DNA of 59,429 nt, the filler included, from Sphacelaria rigidula (lineage: Eukaryota), in the NCBI GenBank assembly GCA_964200075.2. It is 6 parts of 6 records of this genome, joined end to end, with 100 filler letters (N's around TTAATTAATTAA, not from the genome) between each part and the next. Parts side by side here need not be neighbours in the genome. Positions count along the whole stretch, not along the records: positions 9,924 to 19,745 come from CAXNAA020007686.1; positions 19,846 to 29,667 come from CAXNAA020007687.1; 4 more parts are not named here. One strand, written 5' to 3'. The first letter of the stretch is position 1. Every line of letters begins with the position of its first letter. Both the position numbers and the translations under genes were made by a program. Shown piece by piece: positions 12,716 to 24,389 of this stretch. The notes below the pieces were generated by a model. That model had not been told where the DNA came from. It worked only from the letters and a program-made list of their open reading frames with translations, and did not search any database.

Positions 12716-13819
12716 CAGAGTTTGTACGTGAACGTTTTGGCGATTGCCTCACCTGCAGTTCGATAACATGTTGAAAATTTTTCCACCATCTCACTGCGCC
12801 CGATTATATGCGGAAATGTACTGGATCCTGTACTAGATGTGCCAGACCCTGGACGAAGACTTCCACAGTCAGTACGAACACGTACTGCGCTCAGTATGAA
12901 ATATATTGCCGATTACAATTTGTGTAATACTCGTACCTCGAGTGGGTAACTACACTTCGAGCCAACAGTAGTGTGTAAAACTCTCCAGGGTATAAAATGC
13001 TACAGGCGGCTTTCGCGCCATAGCGGCTGTGTTACCATACAGCTTCGCCCAAGGTACAAGCAGTCATTGCAGCAGCGGAGGCGACGTTTCACTCTTGCGT
13101 GCGCAACCTGGGGCAAACGCACACTGTAGCTGCAACACGAGGAGCTTTGCAAGATGTGTCGTAGCGATACAGGGCGTAGGGAGGGGTGATATTCCGCGTA
13201 CACGTTGAACGCAGATACAAGCCGTTGCGTGCATGATGTGGCGAACTGCGTAGGACAGCGCGAAACCAATGCCGCACAAGAATAGGCTAAGGGTATGACG
13301 TCCTGTGGTTAGCTTCGTCACCCTGCACCCTGCCGGTCTGCAGTGAGCAGGTAGTACCGCCGAAGGCGTGACGTCGCGGTTGGTACGCAGGGTCGAACAC
13401 AGCAGCAAACAGCATATTTCATGTACAACCAAGTAGAACAGACGAGGATATGTGTTTCAAGACCGATGCGCACAGAGTGAGGCCCCTATGTAGAGAACCC
13501 TGCACCAAATTCGCCCTGTTCTAGCCGATACAGACATCTTTTTAGTAAAAACCGCTTGCGACATGTGCTGTAGCGAATCTCATGCGTCATGCGGCTTTCT
13601 TTCATGTGGAGCATCGCCCGTGAAGCGAGCTGTTGAAGCTAACAGTGCCGAACTCTCTCCCCACGATGACCTCCTGTCTGAGCTCGAGACAGTTGAAACT
13701 GCGTGACATGACTTCAGCTAGTAGAACGTACACCTCACTGTGACAAAAGCTTCCATAATATTGAAAATGAATAACACTGATTAGTCACTGAGTTGTGTAA
13801 CTCATCTTGTGATGTACAG

Positions 13820-14207
13820 CTCACCCCGCCAGATCTTGCACAGAGGAGGTGTTCTGTAACTTTTCTGACCAGAATATGCACCGCTGGTTTAGTTTTATGA
13901 CTCACCCGGCCAGAATGTGGACCACTGAGTTACGTCATAGGACTTACCTGACCATGATCTGCAACGTTTCATTATGCGCTATGACCCACCACACGAGAAT
14001 ATGCACCGCTGGCTACGTTCTACAGTATAACCGACCCAGCCGCCGTACGCATCCATGACTTATGTTGATCACAGACCCGGCCAGAATGTGCACCGCTAAG
14101 TCATATTCTAGAACCCACCAGATCGAAAAATGCACCGCTGAGTTATGTTGTTTGTACATCTCACCTGACCAGATTGTGCACCACTGAGTTATGTTGCTAT
14201 AACTCCC
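13820..14207 (+). repeat. Degenerate about 41-bp tandem repeat
   Basis: Recurring ccagaatrtgcaccrctgagttatgt motif, e.g. at 13869 and 13910; roughly nine units. Confidence 0.75.
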
Positions 14208-15039
14208 AAGTGACTTTCGGGGAGAAGAGCGAACTAGAGTCAACCTGAGTTGAGTTGTCTGACGTGTGGGTATGTCATATGTTTGACCATCAGCGTCTCC
14301 ACGGCCATGAAGTTGTTGATTTCAGTTTGCCAGCCTGATATGGCCACTGCCGGCCCTGCTGGTGGTTGTCGGTTGTTCGGACCCATCGAGATAATGGTGT
14401 GTTTGGGCTACCGACTTGTTTATTTGGTGCACGTAACGTGCGGTATCACACTGTCACAGTTTTGCGGTTGCTGCGCAGTGACTTCGCACCAACACCGGAC
14501 TCAGTTTATTCCGTATCTTTCCGCAAGAGTGGGTCGACGGCGTTATTGTTGAACAGCAACGTTCACGTGACCGGTGTCACGCCTGATCAAGTGTCACGTT
14601 TGCACACCACCTCTCAAATAATACATAGTGAAGTCAGTAGAAACGAAGCATGAAACAACAACGATAGTGGCCTTGAACTCTATCCCGTGTCCATGGCTAC
14701 TTCCCCCAACGACTCGTGCTCGAATCTATCACGGCAGGGAGCACACTGTTGACGGGTATTTTCCAACAGCTGGTACGACAAATGCTCATTTATGTTCAAG
14801 CGCAACGGTCACAATCCATTCTGAAATCCGAAATAACATCAAATTAACGCGGTGCTTTCTGACATATAGTGCTATCTACTTCGGATGCGAGCAGGGCAAG
14901 CGGGAATGTATCGTTCGAGACAAGAAATGCGCCAATAGCTTGACAAAATAACTTCGAGTTGTATTCCTCCTTGTTCCGTCTTCCCCCGTGACCTTCTCGT
15001 TTCCGGCAATGGTGAACGAGGATCACGTTAGGGCTCGGT

Positions 15040-15230
15040 GTGCGTGTTGGTGTTGTCGTCTAGTCTATTCTGGACGCCAGTCTAGACCTTCGGTGTATCT
15101 GTGCGCATCAGCCGGAGTTACACACGAGGAACGTCTACACAGGAGCTCTCAACTTTGATCTGGCACTCCACCTCCTTTCCGGGGTGCTTGTCGTTTTTTT
15201 CAGCACGAGGAGGGTTGAATGGCCCCTTTC
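15040..15230 (-). mobile_element. 5'-truncated copy of the tRNA-derived SINE
   Basis: tctggacgccagtcta...gcgcatcagccggag...acacaggag matches the copies at 20555-20913 and 52670-53030. Confidence 0.7.
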
Positions 15231-15243
15231 ACGTTTTTTATTA

Positions 15244-15660
15244 TGGACACAATAGGATTCCGCTCCTCCAACAACAGACGCGGGAGGGAATATGTTGATG
15301 TATATTGTCCAACACAGCATATGGGGAATCATGTTTTTTGATAAGAAGACAAAATATGTTGCGATCGATGGTACTCCCCAACTGTACCAGATCAAGATCA
15401 CTGGCCATTGATGGATATTACATACAGCACTAGATCCTGGGATGTAGCTATGGATAGCCATTACCGCCACCACAATATTCGGTGAGCCGCCTATCGATAG
15501 CCATGCCATCACAAACAAATGGGGTGAAAATTTATCGATGGCCTTCGCTGGCGATGGATTTGGAGGTATCAACCAAGATGCATCGTCAACAAGAGGACGT
15601 CGCAGGTAGGATCTATCGATAGCCAATGCCGCCAACACAAGGTTTGGAATCATACACTTA
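15244..15660 (-). mobile_element. Diverged, inverted partial copy of the 10983-12715 element
   Basis: tggacacaata... and agatcaagatcactggccattgatgga match the reverse complement of about 12480-12700; inverted 43-bp-type units (gatagccattaccgc). Confidence 0.7.
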
Positions 15661-16965
15661 TAGATGTACATGTATCATTTCGAATTTTTCACCGCTTTTG
15701 CCGAGTGTTCTCTGGCTGCAAGGCATCTTAGCCCGCGCTTTCTTTTGCAGTGCACGAAGAAGGATCAGCGGTAAATTACAGTTCAGGTTTGGGTGTCATC
15801 TGATACTCGTGGCGCGTGTTCTGGCCAACGAAAGTCGCCCACACTGACTCTTTTTCGCGGGGTGTCGATCCCGAACCACAAATACCTCCTCAAGATCGTC
15901 GAAAACTCTAAACAAGAACCCGAACCAAAGCAGCGTGTTCATGGCGGGGCATTTCTTCACCACAAACACAAGTCGGAACATCTGAGATCCCTCACTCTTG
16001 AGTTTTGATATGAAGCGTCCAATACCGTCATATCTAGGTCATGTGGGTCCCAGTCGTGCGAACTCAACAGTCCACGTGAGCATTAATGAAAAAAAGCTGG
16101 AGAATGATGTCGGTGTTCATCCTTCGACCGCGAGGGCAGGTCCCCTGCTGAATCGGCATCGACATTCACTTGAAGAGAGTATGCGTGATTGAGATGGAGT
16201 ACCACGGAGGGCTCGGGGTTTCTACTCTATTCATTTTCGGAACAAGACCGTACGGTACAATAAGTCCGCAACGATGGGTTCGAAGGGCTCAGGGGTTTTT
16301 CCCCGAACACAAGAATATTTACATGCACGTGCACTAACGACTACCGCACCCGGGCGGAATATACGGCTAGGTAGCTAGGTAGCTAGGTGACATTATTTGG
16401 CAACACCATAAACTCTACTTCGGTTGTACTATATCAGTGAAATTTGCGAAACGGTACATGGTCACTCGTGTACAGTACAGACAGTCTGTACGGCTTGCAC
16501 TACTTGCAAGTAGGGCGTCTTGAGTGCGTGTGTGCGTGTTTCGTGCAGGAGGATGTAAAGAAGAAGCAGGCAGGGTGCAGTGCAGACACTCATGGATTAT
16601 CAGTTCTCTCTGCTTACAATGCGAGGTGAGAAGGACTTCAGCAACGTGCAGCTTTGTAAACCGTCCATGAGGATGCACGCAACTCGATTGCCCACCGTAC
16701 CACGCAGTTCCGTCGCTGATCCCTACCATGAGAGAAGATGCGCAAGTTCTCGCCAACAGAAAATGAAACAAAGCACACCAGACTAATGCAGCAGTGTATC
16801 TATCCCTGTGCTAAAGTCGTGCTTTATGCTGCAGGGTTGTGGTGGTAGCTGAGAATGAGTTGGATGGAGTTTGCATGGTCCTGTGAACGGGTGTTAGGCG
16901 TGATGGTCTGTTAGGAAGAAGTCAAGCCCCGTTTCGTGCATTTCGATCGAAAACGATTCTTTCAC

Positions 16966-17228
16966 ACACTTTGCATCACCCCACAGAGAGGAGCCTAGCG
17001 TGCTTTTCAGATTCGCTTGTCTGCAAGGTTTCAAGAGTGGCCGCTGAACAATAATAAGTGTGCAATAAAATGTATGGCGATCTCCACAGATTATATGCAG
17101 ACTTCCGTATATTGGCAAGCACAGACTATTGCACACGACTTATTGTTTAGCGGCCAATCTTGAAACCTCGGAGGCAAGCGAATCTAAACAGTAGGCTAGG
17201 TTCCTCTCTGTGGCATGATACAAAGTGT
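16966..17228. repeat. Long imperfect hairpin (about 260 bp), MITE-like
   Basis: acactttgcatcaccccacagagaggagcctagc...agattcgcttg...aggtttcaaga...tggccgct pairs with agcggccaatcttgaaacct...caagcgaatct...gctaggttcctctctgtggcatgatacaaagtgt. Confidence 0.85.
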
Positions 17229-17304
17229 CCGAGACGTGTGTTGGCGACTTTTCCTGTTTGGGGATCAAAAAGTGGGTCAAACGTCCCAAAAGTGAACAAT
17301 CCGT

Positions 17305-17750
17305 GGGCCGAAAATCTGTTCGCCATACAAGCTGGGCCGGCCGAGAAGCGATTCTGTAATTTGCAGGCCCATTATACGCCCATACTTAGAGTTGGACCCT
17401 AACATTTGGTACGGACAATGAACGGGGCATATTAAAAAAAATCACCAGTGCACACAAGTTTGTTTTTTCTCATGAGTTAGGAGCATTTCACCGATATCTG
17501 AAAACTGATTATTGCCCTTAACTCATGGGGAAAAAAAATCTTGTTTGTGCACGGGTATATACATTTTTTATTATGCCCCATTCATTGCCCATACCAAATT
17601 TCAGGGTCCAACTCCAAGTATTGGCCGTATAATGGGCCGTTTAGTGACGGGTTCAGAAGAAATTCGGAACAGTATTTTGTAGGCCACTTGTAGGCCCACG
17701 TGTGGTGTTTTTGTATTGAAACTTTGTGTGGGCCGTGGCTAGGGCATACT
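17305..17750. mobile_element. MITE-like element with internal hairpin 17366-17638; short derivative of the 47475-49435 element
   Basis: ggcccattatacg...gagttggaccct...catgagtta pairs with taactcatg...agggtccaactcc...cgtataatgggcc; both arms match 47475-47720 and 49250-49435 in reverse orientation. Confidence 0.75.
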
Positions 17751-17769
17751 TGACGAGCCAACGTGGGTC

Positions 17770-18550
17770 AGGTTGAGTTTTTCTTTTGTTTTCACTGTTT
17801 CAGGGCGTTTTAGTATGGAAACCGCCATTGTTTTACGAGAACGCCCGAACCTCTCCCCCCCCCCAAAAAAAAAACAAATTGAGGGCCCACTTTTTCATTA
17901 AGCATACCTCTGTAGTTCTTTATCCTGAGTTTCATATTACAATTCTGAAAATTGAGCTGAAAAATTGAGATAAGGCCCAAAAGCTGGGAGCGATATCCAG
18001 GTTTAGCTAACTAGCGCATTTGCTCGTAATATACTGGTTTTAGTATAGAAACATACGTGCGCCGTATCTCGAGATAGATTACGAATTAGGTGAAAGTGAG
18101 GGTATCTATCGTCTCCCCGTGCTCCAGGGAATGTCCACACCAAGAATCGTTGTCATCCGCTGAATGCATCGATCGGGGGTTTCATAGAGATCTTAGTATG
18201 GACGCTATCTCCCTTAGGTATAGGAATGACTGTACATGGGGTTTAATCAACGAGAAAATATGCCCCAAAAGTTTGAGCAGATGGACACCTTCTCCTTGGT
18301 TAGGCGATTAATACAATATGCGGATCATGGCCCAACTCGTCCGTGTCGACGAGATAATGCTTTGAGAGCTGAAATCCGTGTCTAGGCTGGCCCAGCTCAG
18401 CCTTTTGACGCTCGGCCTTTTGACGAGCTGGGCCAGCCTAAAAACGGAGTTAACCTGTCAGAGCAATATCTCATCACCGGAAACGAATTAGGCCGTGAAC
18501 CGCATATCAAATTGATCGTCTCAACAAGGAGCGGATGCCCATATGCTCTC
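17770..18550. mobile_element. Dispersed repeat family (inverted copy at 45125-45890) ending in a hairpin 18275-18548
   Basis: ctccagggaatgtccacaccaagaatcgtt and catggggtttaatcaacgagaaaata are reverse complements of sequence at 45270-45400; taggctggcccagctc / gagctgggccagccta lie at the hairpin centre. Confidence 0.8.
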
Positions 18551-18738
18551 CAGCGTGGGCCCATGCCTTTCCTTTGATTCCTACCATCCTACACTGAAGT
18601 TAAGTCTCTTGCGAGTTGCGTTGAAGGAAAAAAACGCATCTGAAACCGTCGGATGCTGTGTTGTGCCGACAAAAATGCGGTGGAATTAGAGAATTGAGGC
18701 ACAAGTGGCCACGTCCGCCACTTGTGCTGGTGGTAGCG

Positions 18739-19047
18739 ATGTACATGAACAACGAAAACACGCCACCCAGCTCTTCCGCGAGCGGACACCTATGGTCGAA
18801 GACTTCTGCACCCACTGTTCATGTAGAGAGGAAGTCTAGAAAGTATCGTCTGTCGCTGAGGTTCACACCAAGAGAGGGCGAAAGGCCCGAGCGGAAGAAA
18901 TCTCCCCGTTTCGAAACACGGCAGCTGGCGGAAGCAGCTGCCGAAGGGTGGAGGTTAAACTGGAAGGGAGGAGGGGTCGACCCACTAGTGGCAACTTGCC
19001 AGGAGCGATCAGGAGCTCAGGTCATGAGCAATCTGTCGTTCCCTTGG
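18739..19047 (+). CDS. Candidate first exon encoding a basic, AP2/integrase-arm-like DNA-binding motif
   Basis: ATG at 18739; open to a strong GTGAGT donor at 19048; peptide RKSRKYRLSLRF...RKKSPRFETRQLAEAAAEGWR. Family assignment is by eye only. Confidence 0.3.
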
Positions 19048-19745
19048 GTGAGTCCTTCGAGGCTGTGGTTTGTTACTCGTACTGCTTTTTGTTGCTGCTG
19101 TAGTCTGTACTGCACATATGACGGTAGGAACCACCCCTCCGTGGCAGCAGTCGTGGTCGGACCAAATCTTGACGCCTGAGGTAATGTTCAATAGGGAGTG
19201 TCGATCGTTATTGGCGGAACATTCCTTGTGTGGCATGCAGTGCGCAGCGCATGCTGCTTCACTTCCGTTTGAAGTTACGTTCGAGACGGTGTCCGTCAGC
19301 AACTACCATGCAGATATGTTCACATCGAGGGTGGTAATGCATGTAGGGCACTTTCTGGTCGTTCAGCCGCACGCTTCGTCTGCCTTTTGCACTTCGCGAA
19401 TGCATGAGAGTGGTGCTTTCACGAGTGTCACTGCTTGTGCTGTTGCGCAGCGCCATCTGTAGGGGTGCAACTGCTGCTGTTGCTGCTGCTCCTTGCTGCC
19501 GATGAAGTATGACGCAAGATATCACTTTTCCGACGATGACATGTAGGGTCTCACACAAATCACAAAGATAGTGTACACATGTTGTGGTGCGGATTCGTGG
19601 TTCATTTGTCGCGCCGAAGGGCGGGGTTTGGAATGGACGGGATGGCTGCTGCTCTCCTGCACGTTAAACTAACGGAACTGTAATCCACGACGACGAAATC
19701 CAATTCACTGTCACATTCCACAGGGGAATCGATCAACAGCAACAA

Positions 19746-19845
19746 NNNNNNNNNNNNNNNNNNNNNNNNNNNNNNNNNNNNNNNNNNNNTTAATTAATTA
19801 ANNNNNNNNNNNNNNNNNNNNNNNNNNNNNNNNNNNNNNNNNNNN
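19746..19845. other. Artificial contig-join spacer
   Basis: N44-TTAATTAATTAA-N44. Confidence 0.99.
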
Positions 19846-19877
19846 CCCCCCCCCCCACCCCCCCCCCCCCTCCGCCC

Positions 19878-19945
19878 CTCCGTCTCGAAAGGGATGCGTG
19901 GTCAATGGTCAAACGACTAAGGCAAGCAACAAATGAGTACGCCCC
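19878..19945. repeat. Dispersed repeat family H (copy 1)
   Basis: ctccgtctcgaaagggatgcgtggtcaatggtcaaacgactaaggcaagcaacaaatgagtac; reverse-complement copies at 32481, 51971 and 52068. Confidence 0.85.
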
Positions 19946-20554
19946 TGCCCCGAACCGGCCAAAAAAGTGCACGGGGGCGATGGCCATAAATGCCATTAGA
20001 ACTGGTTTCGTGCTGCACCACGCGACTCACATTGGCGTTATAGCTGATCTCGAACTGCTACACGCCTCTCATGCGGGCGAAATTGTTGCAAACGAGCCCA
20101 AAAGTGGGATCGCAGCCGGTTTGTGGGGGGGGGTATCTCGGCCTTTTGTCTCAAGACGGAAAAGAAGTCTCACAAAACTTCTGTTTGTTTTTTGCGTGAG
20201 ACGCAACAATTGCTGGTGGAGTCTGTACACAGAAATCAAACATTATTGTTAAAGTTATGTACGCACAAACGTATCCCGCGCGTCTCTGCGCGGCGTCGGT
20301 CGTCATGTTCGTGTAGCTCAACAAAAGAAACACCGTTCATATCTGACTGTTATGAAATGCATATGTTGGTGGATAGTTGTTCGGGATGTACAGTACCTCG
20401 AATTCCGCAGTCGGTGCGAGCAGAGTCAAGAGTTATCATTGTGTGTTGAAAGTTTGTCTACTCTTCGACAGAGGATGAGTAACCACGCGTGGGACAGACC
20501 AAATGGCCATCACTGGAACAGGATGATCTGTATGATTTCACCAATGGAGTGTAT

Positions 20555-20913
20555 GCGTGTGTGTTGTGCTGTCATCCCCCTTACTCTGGACGCCAGTCTA
20601 CACCTTTCGGTATGTGTGGGCGCATCAGCCGGAGCCACGAGGGAGGAAGGCCCACACAGGAGTTCATTTTTTTTGTTTAGTTCTCTACCTCGTGTCTGTG
20701 ATGCTTGCTTTTTTTCGACGCGACAGGGGTTCAGCGGTCCCTTTCCCTGATCGATCGTGAAGTTGACTTTCGTGTACCCACGGCACTGTCGCTCTTCACT
20801 GTTGGGCATGGTGTGAAAAAAATCTCAGATCATGTGACTTCACCGAGATTCGAACCCATGACCCAACCGTCAGATGGTTTCGAGGTTACCAACTGAGCCA
20901 CCGGAGCGACCGG
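20555..20913 (-). mobile_element. tRNA-derived SINE, apparently full length
   Basis: Minus-strand Pol III A box TGGCTCAGTTGG (20889-20900) and B box GGTTCGAATCT (20846-20856), followed by a body shared with 52670-53030 and 15040-15230 and an AC-rich tail. Confidence 0.8.
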
Positions 20914-21673
20914 TGGGGCCAATGCTTGATAATACGCACGACAGACCGCATGTCGCATGTATCAAAATGGGTTGGTTTCAGTGTGACCTGAAACAGGATG
21001 ATCTGTATCAACACAGATCAACATATTGATGGTGCCGCGTGCCGCTAAATATATGCATCCTATGTTAATACATGTGTTGTAAGCCCTTTTTCTTGGCAAC
21101 TCATGCACGTGTTTTCCCGCGTGTATGCACGAAGCTTTCTGATTTTGTTTCGGTCGTCGAGGCATGTATTGTTTTATCCGGCGTGCTCTGTGCGGAATCG
21201 CTGAAGGTATCTGGACGTTGCCCATGTGTACGCGCGTGGAAATACCAGCGGAACATACTTCAGTAGCATGAGACATGCATATGAGGACCGTTCCGGGAGT
21301 ATTGAATGAATCTCTCATTTTGAAGAAGGAACAGGTTTTCAAGGCCTTCAATCCTCGTTGTTGTATTCACAACCTCCCCTATTCCGTGCTAAGCAACCAC
21401 CGTATATCCCCCCTCCCTCCCCTTTCACGTGAACTTTGATTCTTTCTTTCATCACATAGTTTCACGTCGCTTCTTATATGGGCAAACTGGGTCTGAAGCC
21501 CAGATAGTTAGTTGTGCGTGAACCGTGGGCTCCATTGCATAAGCCATACTATACTGTAACTGTACGAATCCTGTTGCCGACGCGACGTGACGTTCGACGT
21601 TGGATTACTTTGACTTGCACACTGCTGTATCTACCCTTTGCTTGCCCCCCCCCGTCCCTGCCCGCCCGTACAG

Positions 21674-21916
21674 ATGTTTTTGGCAATGGAAAAAGGGGAA
21701 CATGTTTCCCTTGCGCATCCCTCCCTGGAGTGGCACAGAGTAAGGGCGTTTCGAATTGAACCGCTGTCTTCACGGGGCAGGCTCACCGTGGACGGGGAGC
21801 TGGTGGACTACGCCCCCTTGCAGCAGCATGTTTGGCCCAAGGCGACCAACATTATGTGCTGCTCGACAAGATCTTCGTCGAGAGTCGGGTCATCGACGGG
21901 TGGTGTTGTTGCTTAG
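21674..21916 (+). CDS. Terminal exon of a sphingosine kinase / diacylglycerol-kinase-family protein
   Basis: Pyrimidine tract and CAG acceptor at 21671-21673; MFLAMEKGEHV...VRAFRIEPLSSRGRLTVDGE matches the sphingosine kinase C-terminus (FLAMEKGxH, AFRLEP, VDGE); ends in TAG. Confidence 0.8.
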   Translation: MFLAMEKGEHVSLAHPSLEWHRVRAFRIEPLSSRGRLTVDGELVDYAPLQQHVWPKATNIMCCSTRSSSRVGSSTGGVVA

Positions 21917-22212
21917 CCGTGTGTGACGATGGACGCGGAGGCGTTTTCGCGGGTCTTCAGCTGCAGGAGCTTGCATCCGTATATCGAAATCTACTGTAAA
22001 ATGGAATAGTTCATACCGGAATGAGTGGACAATGACTGTAGAGTGTTCGTTCCGAAGTACGTCGCTCTGGGATGCGTTGCTTGCTGTCTGTATTATGTGG
22101 GATGGCTTTGTGAACGTGTGAGATTACCCTTCGGTCGGGACAAGCGGCTTATGCAGTATGCTTGTTCCATTCCACACGTTGGTCTGTTTCGCGTATTGTT
22201 GGATGAGTACAA

Positions 22213-24250
22213 CGTTGTTGTTGTTTCTGTTGTTGCTGTTCTCAAGCGTAGACGGGCAGAGATGGCTTTTTCGGCTACAGCCCTCGCTTGAGCGCGTTGT
22301 GGTGCCCACATACCTGTGCTTCAAATGTGGCGAACGAGCGTAACAAACGAATGGCGAAGGCATCTATTCGTTCGCTTTGATCGCATACCAACCGAGCTTG
22401 AGCGCTCGCGCTTCCATCTGGTGCGATGAAGCATTTCATCTCGAGTCCTCGGTTGGGCAACAGCTTGTAACCAGAATGTGCCCTTGCTCGAGCTCACGGA
22501 CCTGTTTGACTCTCTTGGCGGGGTGTTGGTGGATAAATAGCGTATGATCGTGCGATTGGTGTGGTGAAAATAGCTTGGCTTGAGGCTCATGACTCACCGA
22601 AATCCCAAGTTTGAGGGCGGTCTGAGCTCTTCTGAGACAAAAATAATGGAAATCGCATGGAGGATTCCTGGGTCGTTGCCGCCTGAGTGCTTCCTGATGC
22701 CAAACCTAGATCCACCCTTGACACACGTATCCGGTGCTGCCGTCGTGTTGACTTCGTGCAAGTCCAGAGCACAATTACCTCCGTCAAGTGCTACGTCGGT
22801 ACGTTTGCATTGGCTGTCTTGCATGTAGAGTAGTATAACCCATGTGGATATAACAAATAACACCCTGGCATGTATGCATGATTTCGAATTTAGTATCCTT
22901 CAACGGCAGTGGAAGAAGATGTGCGAAGATGGTATAGACGCAATCCATGGGACCAGTGTAAGACAGCAATCGACTTGCATTCACGCTAGAAATGAGCTGA
23001 GAAGTAGAGAATTATATGGGAAATATACATCTCCACGGTGTTGCGCCAGCCTTCCCTGTTTCGTACACCCTTGAAGCCTCCCCGAGAAACGGCGGATGAT
23101 AACGAGTATCCCCATTTCGCACAAGAGTGTCCTCATGTCATGTTTACATCCACAGCAGATCAGACGGTATCGTTCATGCAGAAGGAGCGAACGAAAGGGC
23201 AATCAGGGTATGTTGCACGGTAGACGGGTAGTCTGTTGCATTTCGGGGGGGGGAACCAGTGCATGTACCAAGTAAATGACAGGAATCAGTCCGGTCAGGG
23301 GTGAGCAATACCCTTAACATAATACCTGGGTTATTGTGTTACGAGAGAGTATTGCGCTCGCATCACGCCACCAAACACATGGACCTCGGGTGTTGTGGCC
23401 ATCTGAAGACCACAAGGTTTCCGCTGCAAAAATATTTCTTGTCGAAATCAATCGATGCTGCAGGCAATCAAGCGACTTGGGTCAAGTTTGAAAAGCCTAG
23501 GTCGTGATGCCCCACACCAGTACAGGAACGCCGCGCAACGTTGGCCCCGGCGATCCCCCTTGCGTCTTCCAGCGGTCCAGCTTCGAAGTCTGTTGATTTT
23601 TACCTACTTACACTCCTCTCTGGATCATAGTCCTGACGAAATATAGCAGCCCATGTGATGAAGGTGCTTCACAACCTGTTGACAGAAAATGGACCAATGA
23701 TGGATGGGTGCAAAGTCGTATCAGCTTGCCACTTCATCTCTCAAGGGTCGGATCCAGGAAGCCGTGCGAAGGGCTGCTGTATGCAAACTCTGACCTGCTT
23801 CATTTGGCGTGAGCGTCACGTTTATCGCAGTGAACATCAGCAAAATATTCAGTTGTCTGCGATCTTCACTATTTTTTTAAGCTTGCAGCATGGTGTTGCA
23901 AGAGGAACCTCGTAAGACTAAGATTCATTTTGGTATCGAAACTTCACGTTCAGATTGTCTTGCTCGTGGTCGAAGTTGGTACCAGATATTGCTTCTCACG
24001 AGTGAGGCATGGTCTCAGACTCTGCCGCAAACGAAGATTCCGGAGGGTGGTTGATTGGACGGGTGAAATCAGTTGTTTTCACTGAACGTGATTTCGATGT
24101 TGCCACTCTGTTCGTGTGGTGTCGTATGACCACTCACTGGTGTTTTCCTACTACTATCTGGTGTATCGTCGTGCAATCAGGGTGCCTCAAACCTTCATGG
24201 TCTGAACTGTATGTCAGCGTCGAATCTGTTGACCTCGCTTCACGCAGAGG
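22213..24250 (-). mobile_element. Possible highly decayed non-LTR retrotransposon
   Basis: Degenerate (AAC)-like tail at about 22213-22243; broken minus-strand peptides KLIRLCTHPSLVHFLST, ILHAIS and PDGSASAQAR loosely resemble the post-RT and endonuclease region of restriction-like-endonuclease LINEs. Confidence 0.3.
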
Positions 24251-24315
24251 GTGGTAAGGGCTCGGCTGCATGCTCTTAACATGCTTGTCATACAGAGGGG
24301 GGTATCGGTAGTCAT

Positions 24316-24339
24316 GTTGTTGTTGTCGTTGTTGTTGTT

Positions 24340-24389
<50 letters not shown>

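Noticed and set aside
12291..14207. CRISPR-like array
   Set aside because: Units are contiguous degenerate tandem repeats without unique spacers; eukaryotic context; no cas genes.
20840..20913. Functional tRNA gene
   Set aside because: A and B boxes are present but I could not form a complete cloverleaf, and the segment is fused to a repeated SINE body.
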